Below, one piece after another: positions 1-8,419 of a DNA stretch of 64,000 nucleotides. The notes under the pieces are model-generated. The model made no database searches and was not told where the DNA came from. It saw only the letters and a list, made by a program, of their open reading frames with translations. The position numbers and the translations under genes are program-made. Numbering within the stretch: the first letter of the stretch is position 1; each line of letters starts with the position of its first letter. Origin of the DNA: Croceibacterium sp. (GTDB lineage Bacteria > Pseudomonadota > Alphaproteobacteria > Sphingomonadales > Sphingomonadaceae); NCBI GenBank assembly GCA_035555595.1, contig DATMGK010000063.1, positions 7,244-71,243 of the forward strand, written 5' to 3'.

Positions 1-254
1 AGCACGTAGAGATATTCTTCCCACGGATGGGAATGCGCTTCTCCGACTGCATTGGGGCCGAGGGCGAGGTCGGCCACGATCAATTCGTGCCCCGGCGCAG
101 CGGACAGCGCCTCCCGCAACACCTCGTTGGAGCCGGGTGCGGGCTGGAAAATTTCCAGAGGCGCGGCATCGGCAATCTGTGCCACGCTCTCATTCTGGCA
201 GGCAGCGAGCATCGCCAGAGGAAACGCTATTGCGAAGGCCGTTACCGAACGCAT
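1..254 (-). CDS. cupin-domain lipoprotein, N-terminal part only (gene runs off window start)
   Basis: Minus-strand ATG at 252-254 is preceded by a GAGGGGG SD-like run. The translation is MRSVTAFAIAFPLAMLAACQNES... (lipobox LAAC) followed by ...GEAHSHPWEEYLYV, a cupin-type H-x-H...E motif. It is absent from the ORF track because it has no in-window stop. Confidence 0.55.
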   Translation of the reverse strand, partial: MRSVTAFAIAFPLAMLAACQNESVAQIADAAPLEIFQPAPGSNEVLREALSAAPGHELIVADLALGPNAVGEAHSHPWEEYLYV

Positions 255-276
255 CGATCGCCCCCTCACGAAAATA

Positions 277-1212
277 TCAGTCGAACAACGAACTGACGCT
301 GGCTTCTTCAGCAATCCGGCGCATCGCCTCCCCGATCAGCGGAGCCACGGTGAGGACGCGAATGCGCTTCGAATCGGCCGTCGCGTCAGTGGGCAGGATG
401 GTGTCGGTGATGACGAGTTCAGTCAGCGCCGAATTGTCCACCCGGGCCACAGCCCCGCCGGACAGCACACCATGAGTGATATAAGCGGCAACGCTCTTTG
501 CACCCGCGTCCATCAGCGCCTGCGCCGCGTTGCACAGGGTGCCGCCTGAATCGACGATATCGTCGATCAGGATGCAGGCCCGGCCGCGCACGTCGCCGAT
601 GATGTTCATCACTTCGGATTCGCCGGGTTTTTCACGCCGCTTGTCGACGATCGCCAGTGGCGCGTTGTCCAGCCGCTTGGCCAGCGCGCGGGCGCGCACC
701 ACGCCGCCAACGTCGGGCGACACAACCATCAGTTCCTGACTGTCGAACCGGGCCTGAATGTCCGCCGCCATTGTCGGCGCGGCATAAAGGTTGTCGGTCG
801 GGATATCGAAGAAACCCTGAATCTGTCCTGCGTGAAGGTCCACCGCCAGCACGCGATCAGCCCCGGCCTCGGTGATCAGGTTCGCAACCAGCTTGGCCGA
901 AATCGGTGTGCGCGGCCCGGGTTTGCGGTCCTGCCGGGCATAGCCGAAATAAGGTATCACCGCCGTGATACGTTTGGCCGAAGCGCGGCGGCAGGCGTCG
1001 ATCCCGATGAGCAGTTCCATCAGGTTATCGTTCGCCGGATAACTGGTGGACTGGACGATGAACAAGTCCTCGCCGCGCACGTTCTCGTGTATCTCGATGA
1101 ACACCTCCTCATCCGCGAAGCGTCGCACGCTTGCATCCGTGAGGGGGATTTCGAGATAGGCTGCAATAGCCCGCGCCAGCGGCAGATTGGAATTGCCGGC
1201 CATGAGTTTCAT
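277..1212 (-). CDS. prs: ribose-phosphate pyrophosphokinase
   Basis: 311-aa ORF. N-terminus [24 protein letters not shown]... and the [14 protein letters not shown] and [17 protein letters not shown]-binding blocks are classic Prs. Confidence 0.95.
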   Translation of the reverse strand: MKLMAGNSNLPLARAIAAYLEIPLTDASVRRFADEEVFIEIHENVRGEDLFIVQSTSYPANDNLMELLIGIDACRRASAKRITAVIPYFGYARQDRKPGPRTPISAKLVANLITEAGADRVLAVDLHAGQIQGFFDIPTDNLYAAPTMAADIQARFDSQELMVVSPDVGGVVRARALAKRLDNAPLAIVDKRREKPGESEVMNIIGDVRGRACILIDDIVDSGGTLCNAAQALMDAGAKSVAAYITHGVLSGGAVARVDNSALTELVITDTILPTDATADSKRIRVLTVAPLIGEAMRRIAEEASVSSLFD

Positions 1213-1307
1213 TGCGGAGGGGCCCTCAGTCTGCGCGGGATTCGGTTGCGCGAGCCTCTAGGACCGAGCGTCATGGTATTGCAACCTGTCCGCGCGCGCT
1301 TTTCCCG

Positions 1308-2294
1308 TTATCCTGCCATGCGGTGTTCGGTCCGCACCCAGCGCACGGTGCCGGTGCTGGCCCTCATGACGACGCTTTCGGTCGTCATCACGCCCTTGCG
1401 GCTGCGCTTTACGCCATCGAGGAGTGAACCGTCGGTGACGCCGGTTGCCGCAAAAATGCAATCGCCTTTCGCCAGATCTTCCAGCAGGTATATCCGGTCG
1501 AGATCCTCGATACCCCACTTGCGGGCGCGCGCCTTCTCTTCCTCGTTACGGAACAGCAGGCGGCCGTTGAACTGGCCGCCGACGCAGCGCAGCGCCGCCG
1601 CCGCCAGCACACCTTCCGGCGCCCCGCCCGATCCCATGTAGAGATCGATGGTGGTGTCTTCATCAGTCGTGGCGATCACACCGGCTACATCGCCATCAGG
1701 GATCAGTTGGATACCGCACCCGATGGCCCGCAGTTCCGCAATCAGCGCCGCATGGCGCGGCCGGTCGAGCACGCAGACGATGAGTTGATCCGGCCGCACG
1801 CCCTTCGCCGCGGCGACGGATTCGACGTTCTCACGGGGGGTCTTCGCCAGATCGATCACACCCGGCGGATAACCGGGGCCGACGGCCAGCTTTTCCATAT
1901 AGACGTCAGGCGCGTTGAGCAGACAGCCCTGTTCCGCGCAGGCCAACACCGCCAACGCGTTTGGACCAGCCTTCGCGGTGATGGTCGTCCCTTCCAGCGG
2001 ATCGAGCGCGATATCGACCCTGGGACCCTTGCCGGGCGCGCCGCCGACCTTTTCACCGATGAACAGCATCGGCGCTTCGTCCCGCTCGCCCTCACCGATG
2101 ACTACGGTGCCGTCGATATCCAGATTGTCGAACGCCCTGCGCATCGCCTCGACAGCGGCGGCGTCTGCCGCCTTCTCGTCGCCACGGCCGATCAGCGCCG
2201 ACGCCGCGATCGCGGCCGCCTCGGTCACCCGGACCATTTCCAGAACCAGCACACGGTCAAGCACGTGCGAAGCTGAAGCGGTATTCGTCTGCAT
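1308..2294 (-). CDS. glpX: class II fructose-1,6-bisphosphatase
   Basis: From the internal ATG at 2294 (MQTNTASASHVLDRVLVLEMVRVTEAAA...) the protein is 328 aa and GlpX-like throughout (VVIGEGERDEAPMLFIGEKVG, DIALDPLEGTT, YMGSGGAPEGVLAAAALRC). The upstream 157 aa of the track ORF are Arg/Ser-rich and non-homologous. Confidence 0.9.
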   Translation of the reverse strand: MQTNTASASHVLDRVLVLEMVRVTEAAAIAASALIGRGDEKAADAAAVEAMRRAFDNLDIDGTVVIGEGERDEAPMLFIGEKVGGAPGKGPRVDIALDPLEGTTITAKAGPNALAVLACAEQGCLLNAPDVYMEKLAVGPGYPPGVIDLAKTPRENVESVAAAKGVRPDQLIVCVLDRPRHAALIAELRAIGCGIQLIPDGDVAGVIATTDEDTTIDLYMGSGGAPEGVLAAAALRCVGGQFNGRLLFRNEEEKARARKWGIEDLDRIYLLEDLAKGDCIFAATGVTDGSLLDGVKRSRKGVMTTESVVMRASTGTVRWVRTEHRMAG

Positions 2295-2412
2295 TCCTCT
2301 ATCCCCTTGCCGCGCGGTTAGGCGCGGAAGATTGCAATGTCGAGGCGAAGCGTTCACGCGCGATTCAGTGCGGCACCGCCTGTTAGCCCGGTGCGATAAA
2401 GCGAAGGGACGA

Positions 2413-2919
2413 ATGCTCAGACTAATGGTCGCCATGGGAATCGCCCTTCCGGGATTGGCATTGACCGCCCCTGCCATGGCGCAATCTGACAGCGGGTCCC
2501 CGTTCCCCGCCGATGCCCCCGTTGCAGCCAGCGACACGCCTGAAGAAATTACTGCCGAACAGATTCTGGAGGTCGCGCGCGATCGCCTGCGCCCACCGGG
2601 TGTCCGGCAACCATGCAAACTGCCCTCAAATCCCAACGAGATCGTCGTCTGCCGCCGCGATCCCGCCGAAAACCGCGTCGAATCGGAAACCGAACGGGCG
2701 ATCGCCGAAGGGCGCTCCGTCCCGGACGGGCTGCCCCGGGCGCCCAATGTCGATGGTCCCGGCATCTTTCAGGGCAAGGGGATTCCGCTTGGGCGCGCAC
2801 CCGAACCAGCGCTGATAGTCGACCTTAGCGACGTACCCGAACCACTGAGCCCGGAAGTCGCGCAACGCGTTTATCGCGTTGAAGATGGCCCCCCACGCGA
2901 GGCGCCGCCCGTGCCCTGA
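2413..2919 (+). CDS. hypothetical secreted protein
   Basis: The internal ATG at 2413 gives MLRLMVAMGIALPGLALTAPAMAQ, a signal peptide with an AMA-Q cleavage-like site. The remainder is Pro/Glu-rich and contains an EIVVCRRDP motif. I do not recognise a family. Confidence 0.55.
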   Translation: MLRLMVAMGIALPGLALTAPAMAQSDSGSPFPADAPVAASDTPEEITAEQILEVARDRLRPPGVRQPCKLPSNPNEIVVCRRDPAENRVESETERAIAEGRSVPDGLPRAPNVDGPGIFQGKGIPLGRAPEPALIVDLSDVPEPLSPEVAQRVYRVEDGPPREAPPVP

Positions 2920-2993
2920 CCGGCAATCTGACAAAAACGGCGCTTTCTTATGACCGGCTCGACCGTGGCGTCTTAAACCCCGGTATCAGGACC

Positions 2994-4292
2994 TTAGCCA
3001 AGCAACGGCATCACCAGCGGCGTCTCCGCGAGACTGGGCGAACCTTCGAGCAGCCTGAGCGCCGCATCCACGTTACCCTCAGGCCCCTCGTGGGTGACGA
3101 TGGCCACCAGCACTTCGCCGCCTTCTTCCGGCCGCCCCTGCTGGATCAGGCTTTCGATGGACACGCCCGCATCGCGCATCGCCGCCGTTATCTCTGCCAG
3201 CACGCCCGGCCGATCGGCGACTGTGAAGCGCAAGTAGGCCCGGCCAATGCGGTGCCCCGGATCGGCCGCGCCCACCGTGTCGAGCTGAGCCACCGGCACA
3301 GAGAACGGCGCGCCAGCATCGCCGCGCGCGATATCGATCAGATCCGCCACCACGGCACTGGCAGTCGGGCCATCCCCCGCGCCGGCGCCCTGGAACAGCA
3401 GCCGACCAGCGAAATTACCTTCGACAACAACCGCATTGGTCGGGCCGTCAACGGCCGCCAGCGGGTGAGCGCGCGGGACCAGGCATGGCCGCACCCGCTG
3501 ATAAAGACCCGGTTCGTCGGCATTGCGATCCGCCAGACCGATCAGGCGGATGACATAACCCAGCGCATCGGCCTGCGCGATATCGGCCGCGCGAATGCGG
3601 CTGATTCCGGCGATGTGCAGAGCCTCGAAATCGATCCTGCTGCCAAAGGCGATGGAGGTAAGAATCGCCAGTTTGTGCGCAGCATCCACCCCTTCGATAT
3701 CAAAGCTGGGGTCCGCTTCTGCATAACCAAGCGCCTGCGCCTCGGCCAGAACATCGCCGAAATCGCGCCCGGTGCGCTCCATGGTGGAGAGGATGTAATT
3801 ACAGGTGCCGTTGAGGATGCCGTAGATGCGCCCGATGGCGTTGGCCGCCGCGCCTTCGCGTAGACCCTTGATCACAGGAATCCCGCCAGCAACCGCGGCT
3901 TCAAACTTCAGCGGCAGGCACTGATCTTCGGCCAGCGCGGCCAGTTCCATGCCATGATGCGCGATCATCGCCTTGTTTGCGGTGACCAGGCCTTTGCCCG
4001 CACTCAGCGCACGGCGAGCAAGAGCAAGCGCGGGGCCATCAGCGCCGCCTACCAGTTCCACCACCACGTCAACGTCATCCCTGCCGGGAAGCAGGGTCAT
4101 ATCGTCTTCCCAGGCGTAGCGGCTCAGGTCGACTCCCCGGTCCTTGGCGCGATCGCGCGCGCAAACCGCGACGATCTCCAGCGGACGGCCGGCCCGGCGG
4201 GCGATCAATTCCCCATTGGTTTCGATCAGGCGAATCACCCCGCCGCCAACCGTACCAAGGCCAGCTAGTGCGATGCGAAGCGGATCAGCCAT
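2994..4292 (-). CDS. hom: homoserine dehydrogenase
   Basis: LRIALAGLGTVGGGV Rossmann N-terminus, a homoserine-DH catalytic core (LGYAEADPSFDIEGVDAAHKL) and a C-terminal ACT-like domain. I prefer the ATG at 4292 (MADPL, GGGGGA SD upstream) over the TTG at 4304 used in the track. Confidence 0.92.
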   Translation of the reverse strand: MADPLRIALAGLGTVGGGVIRLIETNGELIARRAGRPLEIVAVCARDRAKDRGVDLSRYAWEDDMTLLPGRDDVDVVVELVGGADGPALALARRALSAGKGLVTANKAMIAHHGMELAALAEDQCLPLKFEAAVAGGIPVIKGLREGAAANAIGRIYGILNGTCNYILSTMERTGRDFGDVLAEAQALGYAEADPSFDIEGVDAAHKLAILTSIAFGSRIDFEALHIAGISRIRAADIAQADALGYVIRLIGLADRNADEPGLYQRVRPCLVPRAHPLAAVDGPTNAVVVEGNFAGRLLFQGAGAGDGPTASAVVADLIDIARGDAGAPFSVPVAQLDTVGAADPGHRIGRAYLRFTVADRPGVLAEITAAMRDAGVSIESLIQQGRPEEGGEVLVAIVTHEGPEGNVDAALRLLEGSPSLAETPLVMPLLG

Positions 4293-4387
4293 TAAATCCC
4301 CCAAACAGGTTGCGTGCGCCGGCGCGTTAGGGGGGCGGAGGCCGATTGGCTAGACCCTGCCGCAACCCGCCCGAAAGGGAAACGCGA

Positions 4388-5296
4388 TCAGGTCCGCAAC
4401 CGCGCACAGGGGCCGAGCTGCTCCAGGATGTAGCGATAATCGCTCTCTGCGCGGACGCGGGCTTCCCGATCGTCCTGCAGATAAGCCCCCGCAGGCAACT
4501 GGCGCGGCAACGAGCACGCCAGCCGATACCATTCCACCGTGTGATGTTCCGGCGGACGGGCGGACTGATCCACGATTTCGTTCCAGGAAATTCCCCAGCT
4601 TGGTTCCATTCCCGGACGGCGCACGACCGTCAGAGAGGCCGGTTCACCATTGCTCGTTTCCAGGAAAAGCTGGGTTTCCGATTCGCCCACAAGGTTGCCC
4701 GCGACGGACATCACGTCACGCACACCGGTGATGCCGGGCGGCAAGCCCTGCGCAGCGAACTGCGCGATCACGGAACGGGCCGACTGCTCGCTTTCCGGTG
4801 TTGCAGGCAGTTGAGCTCCTTCACTGACGAGTTGCAAAGAGCCCGGTCGCCCTGACACCGGATCGGCAAAGATAATGAAGCGCTGTTTCTTCAGCTTCGG
4901 CGGCTTGCCCTTCGCATCCAGCGGCATGTCGACAAGGTAATTAAGTGATTCGCCAACCGGGGAACCGGCTGCCAACAGGGCGACGGTCTGGGCGGTCACA
5001 TATAGCCTTGCCTGACCGGCGGCGAGGCCGGGTGCACGCTCTGCACGGACCACACTCTGGTCCCGCACCTCTATCAGCGCGACGATCGAAGCCCGCTGCG
5101 AAAGATCCGCCAGATCCGCGTAGGTCGCAATCGGTTGCACCGCCGCGATCGATGCTTCCGCTGCTTCCGCGCGATCCTGCGCATGGGCACAAACCGCAGA
5201 AATCGTAGAGGTCAGCGCCGCCGCGGCAGCGAGCACAACCACCCCGCGCGTGCGCTGCTGACAGGCCAGGTAAGCTCCTGAAACCGGCATTTCCAT
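4388..5296 (-). CDS. hypothetical exported protein
   Basis: Start at the ATG at 5296 (MEMPVSGAYLACQQRTRGVVVLAAAAALTSTISAVCAHAQ, signal-like). GC3-rich codon usage fits coding sequence. No family recognised. Confidence 0.55.
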   Translation of the reverse strand: MEMPVSGAYLACQQRTRGVVVLAAAAALTSTISAVCAHAQDRAEAAEASIAAVQPIATYADLADLSQRASIVALIEVRDQSVVRAERAPGLAAGQARLYVTAQTVALLAAGSPVGESLNYLVDMPLDAKGKPPKLKKQRFIIFADPVSGRPGSLQLVSEGAQLPATPESEQSARSVIAQFAAQGLPPGITGVRDVMSVAGNLVGESETQLFLETSNGEPASLTVVRRPGMEPSWGISWNEIVDQSARPPEHHTVEWYRLACSLPRQLPAGAYLQDDREARVRAESDYRYILEQLGPCARLRT

Positions 5297-5502
5297 TCTC
5301 CTTCCGCCAACCCATGATCGGCGGCTCAAGTGCGGGGTGCAAGCACCTTGGCCCGACATGACAAGCGAGTGACAGGTGAATTGCAGGTTAACCGACAAAG
5401 CGTTTGCCCAACCCCGCCTTCGCCGTTAATGCGATGAAGGATCGGGACTGTGGACAACAAAAAAACGTGCGGTCCCGCACAACTCACCTGAGGTCTTCCA
5501 GA

Positions 5503-5550
5503 CCGGTTGACCTCAACCGGGTGGGATTTTCAGGGTTGAGGAAGGTCAAC
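5503..5550. promoter_or_regulatory. nested palindrome / operator-like element upstream of tonB
   Basis: Perfect palindrome CCGGTTGA-cc-TCAACCGG at 5503-5520. A third partially complementary copy, GGTTGAGGaagGTCAAC, lies at 5534-5550. The element sits about 90-130 bp upstream of the tonB ATG. Confidence 0.4.
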
Positions 5551-5636
5551 GCAGGTCGCCGGAATACATCCGTCCGACGATCCGCGAATTCAGGCCGGCC
5601 TCGCCGGCGGATATAGTTACGGAGTGAAGGGACTGG

Positions 5637-6305
5637 ATGGCATACGCTGACCAAGAGATGAGCAAGAACAAGCTCATCGCCATTATCCTCGTCGCCCTTA
5701 TCCACGTTGCGATCGGATACGCGCTCCTGACCGGGCTCGCCTATTCGGCCTTCAAGAAGGCCGTCGAACGCGTGACCACTGTCGATATTGAGGAGCCACC
5801 GCCGCCCGAGGAAGAGCCCCCGCCACCGCCGCCGGAGCCGGATACCGCTCCTCCGCCGCCGGTAGCACCACCGCCGCCGATCAATGTCGCTGTGGCACCT
5901 CCACCGATTCAGGTGCAGACCAACATCCCGCCGCCAGCACCGCCTGCACGGATTATTCCGCCCGCAGCGCCGCCCGCGCCGCCTCCGCCGCCGCCCGCGC
6001 CTTCCAAGGCTCGTGGTGTCACACCGGAGAACCAGCGCAGCTGGCAGCAGCGCATCATGGATAACTATCCATCGCGCGCAGTTCGTGACGAGATCGAAGG
6101 CCGCGTCGGTGTACGCGTTCAGGTTGGTCCGAACGGTCGTATCACCAGCTGCAGCGTCAGCTCTCCCAGCGGTTCGAGCATCCTCGACGATGCCGCCTGC
6201 CAGGACATTACGCGCTACGGTCGGTTCAATCCGGCGCTGGACGACGCAGGCAATCCGACAAGCGGCAGCTGGGGCACGACCATCGTGTACCAGCTCGGCC
6301 GATGA
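5637..6305 (+). CDS. tonB: energy transducer TonB
   Basis: N-terminal anchor helix (LIAIILVALIHVAIGYALL), a long Pro-rich spacer (EEPPPPEEEPPPPPPEPDTAPPPPVAPPPP...) and a TonB C-terminal domain (IEGRVGVRVQVGPNGRITSCSVSSPSGSSILDDAA...). It is followed by exbB and exbD. Confidence 0.87.
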   Translation: MAYADQEMSKNKLIAIILVALIHVAIGYALLTGLAYSAFKKAVERVTTVDIEEPPPPEEEPPPPPPEPDTAPPPPVAPPPPINVAVAPPPIQVQTNIPPPAPPARIIPPAAPPAPPPPPPAPSKARGVTPENQRSWQQRIMDNYPSRAVRDEIEGRVGVRVQVGPNGRITSCSVSSPSGSSILDDAACQDITRYGRFNPALDDAGNPTSGSWGTTIVYQLGR

Positions 6306-6347
6306 CCCCAACCCTTTAGATTTTCCTATTTAGAGAGGACTACCCGC

Positions 6348-7124
6348 ATGCTTATTGATATCCTTGCCGCGGCAAGCGGCGGCGCGGCTCCCCAGACCCA
6401 GTTTGGTTTCATGGAAGCCATGGAACAGGGCGGTGTGATCGCTTGGGCCATCTTCGGCATCCTTGTGATCATGTCCGTTGGCTCGTTCTACATCCTCATC
6501 ACCAAGCTGCTCGAACAGAACCGCATCTTCAACCAGTTCAAGCAGATCCGCAGTGGCGCCTTCTGGAAGGCCGCCACGCTGAGCGAAGGCGCTGCCAAGC
6601 TCGAGAAGAACAGCGCATGGCGCCAGCTGGTCGACGACGGCCTGGCCGCCGAAGCGCAGCACGCCAAGATGACCGATTCGCTCGAAGCGCATGACTGGCT
6701 GCACGGTTCGCTCGAACGTTCGGAAGGTGCGATCAATGCGAAGCTCGCCAGCGGTCTGCCGTTCCTCGCCACGGTGGGCGCTACCGCTCCGTTCGTGGGT
6801 CTGCTCGGTACGGTTATCGGCATCTATCGCGCGATGATCGGTATCGCGATCGCCGGCTCGGCCCAGATCGATAAGGTTGCCGGTCCGGTCGGTGAAGCGC
6901 TGATCATGACCGCCATCGGTCTGCTCGTCGCGGTGCCGGCGGTGTTCGCCTACAACTGGCTGCAGATCCGCAACAAGCGTATCCAGGGCCTGCTGGCGGC
7001 GTTCTCGACCGACATTCTCGCTTACATCAACTCCGGCGGCGCAGTGAAGCCGGCCGTGGTCACCCGCGCCCCGGCGCAGCCGGCCGCCAAGCCTGCCGCA
7101 CCGGCAACGGCCCCGAAGGCCTGA
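6348..7124 (+). CDS. exbB: MotA/TolQ/ExbB proton-channel family protein
   Basis: 258 aa with three TM segments and the conserved block LATVGATAPFVGLLGTVIGIYRAM...AGPVGEALIMTAIGLLVAVPAVFAYNWL. Confidence 0.9.
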   Translation: MLIDILAAASGGAAPQTQFGFMEAMEQGGVIAWAIFGILVIMSVGSFYILITKLLEQNRIFNQFKQIRSGAFWKAATLSEGAAKLEKNSAWRQLVDDGLAAEAQHAKMTDSLEAHDWLHGSLERSEGAINAKLASGLPFLATVGATAPFVGLLGTVIGIYRAMIGIAIAGSAQIDKVAGPVGEALIMTAIGLLVAVPAVFAYNWLQIRNKRIQGLLAAFSTDILAYINSGGAVKPAVVTRAPAQPAAKPAAPATAPKA

Positions 7125-7204
7125 CGCAGAGCGACCCCTAGAGGGGCGGGCCAAGGCATGCGGGCCGCCCGCCCTTCCACCCTGATGGGATAGGAACAAG
7201 ACAG

Positions 7205-7741
7205 ATGGCAATTTCGACAGGTGGCGGCGACGAGACTCCGATGTCGGATATCAACACCACGCCCCTCGTGGACGTGATGCTCGTGATGCTGATCATATTC
7301 CTGATCGCGATCCCGGTCGCCATCCAGACGGTCGAGGAACTTGAGATTCCGATTTTCGAATCACGGGAATCTCAAGACAAGGTTGAAAACCTGCTTATTA
7401 CGGTGACGACCACCGACGCGGCTGGACTTACACCGGGCCTCACGGATACCGCCTACGCTGGTGCAACGCGTGAAGGTTCGTGCCGGATTTACATCAACAA
7501 CACGACGTTGGTGGATTCGCAGGAACTTTACGACCAGGCGTTCCAGAAGCTGGACTCCATCGTGCAGCGCGCAGGTGGACCGGAACAGCTGATGGCCAAC
7601 CCGGATCAGATCCCGCAGGTTCACATCCGCGGCGATGTTAACGCTCCGTGGCGCTGCGTGGCTGGCACGATCTTCAACGTCCAGGCCGCGGGCTATCCGA
7701 CGGTCGGCTTCATCTCCAACCCGGTCGACCCGAACGGCTGA
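7205..7741 (+). CDS. exbD: ExbD/TolR biopolymer transport protein (long paralog)
   Basis: INTTPLVDVMLVMLIIFLIAIPV is the ExbD/TolR anchor signature. At 178 aa it is longer than the usual ~140 aa because of an extended periplasmic part. Confidence 0.82.
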   Translation: MAISTGGGDETPMSDINTTPLVDVMLVMLIIFLIAIPVAIQTVEELEIPIFESRESQDKVENLLITVTTTDAAGLTPGLTDTAYAGATREGSCRIYINNTTLVDSQELYDQAFQKLDSIVQRAGGPEQLMANPDQIPQVHIRGDVNAPWRCVAGTIFNVQAAGYPTVGFISNPVDPNG

Positions 7742-7786
7742 GGCCGCTCGTAGAACCCGGTGCAGACTTCTAAGGAGTAAACCCCC

Positions 7787-8218
7787 ATGGCGATGTCAGG
7801 CGGCAACGACGACGGCGAGCCGATGATGGAAATGAACATGACGCCGTTGATCGACGTCCTGCTCGTGCTCCTCATCGTGTTCATGATGTCGATTCCGGTG
7901 GCGACCCACTCGGTCGATATCGACTTGCCGACGCCTAACCCGAACGCGACGGAAATCGTCGATCCGGTGAAGAACAAGATCGTCATCACCCCCGATGGCC
8001 AGATTTTGTGGAACGCCGTTTCGATCGACCAGAACCAACTGGTCGGCAACCTGCAGGCCTCGCTGGCTTTGGCAGTCGAACCGGAACTCCAGTTCGAACC
8101 AGAAGCGAACGCCAGCTATGATCTTTCGGTCAAGGTGCTGAACATCATCAAGGGTTCGGGCGTTACCAAGTTCGGCTTTGTCGGCAACGAAAAGTACCGG
8201 CAGTTCGGCAAAATCTGA
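7787..8218 (+). CDS. exbD: ExbD/TolR biopolymer transport protein
   Basis: AAGGAG SD upstream. MNMTPLIDVLLVLLIVFMMSIPV anchor signature; 143 aa, the canonical size. Confidence 0.9.
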   Translation: MAMSGGNDDGEPMMEMNMTPLIDVLLVLLIVFMMSIPVATHSVDIDLPTPNPNATEIVDPVKNKIVITPDGQILWNAVSIDQNQLVGNLQASLALAVEPELQFEPEANASYDLSVKVLNIIKGSGVTKFGFVGNEKYRQFGKI

Positions 8219-8245
8219 TCTACCGGCCAACCGGCCAGAGATACG

Positions 8246-8276
8246 AAAAGGGGCGGAGCGATCCGCCCCTTTTTTA
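8246..8276. terminator. intrinsic terminator between convergent exbD and helicase genes
   Basis: AAAA-GGGGCGG-agcgat-CCGCCCC-TTTTTT. The 7-bp GC stem is flanked by an A-run and a T-run, so it could act in both directions. Confidence 0.8.
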
Positions 8277-8419
8277 TTGGTTTCTGTCATCAAGGTTCCA
8301 GGCACCGAGGCCCGGCCAGCGGGGTGAATGCCTCCGACTTCCCCGCCGGGACATTTTCGCAGCAGGCTAAGGCAGTCTTGCCGTGGGTATGGGCATCATC
8401 CGGCGGCCCGCCTCCTGCC

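Noticed and set aside
1308-2765. Long N-terminal extensions of track ORFs (glpX 485 aa, and likewise petB 20863-22368, the SDR at 17870-18943, etfB at 43702-44670, pdxH at 58867-59562, and others)
   Set aside because: The extensions overlap neighbouring genes, are compositionally odd, and have no homology to the family. Internal ATG or GTG starts give canonical N-termini and sensible spacing.
4293-4387. Possible riboswitch or leader upstream of hom (SAM-type), and similarly upstream of ribF/ileS (35454-35521)
   Set aside because: I could not recognise any known riboswitch consensus. The regions are short, and the hom-upstream hairpin is more simply the 3' end of the preceding gene. A covariance-model scan would be needed to be sure.
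5790-6010. CCGCCG-rich repetitive DNA considered as a tandem repeat or VNTR
   Set aside because: It encodes the Pro-rich spacer of TonB, a normal low-complexity linker, and is not an independent repeat element.
8277-8419. Looked for a remnant of pdeM or other cassette genes downstream of the Lhr-type helicase
   Set aside because: Only about 140 bp of non-coding sequence precede the terminator and the convergent exbD. This is too short, and no recognisable frame is present.
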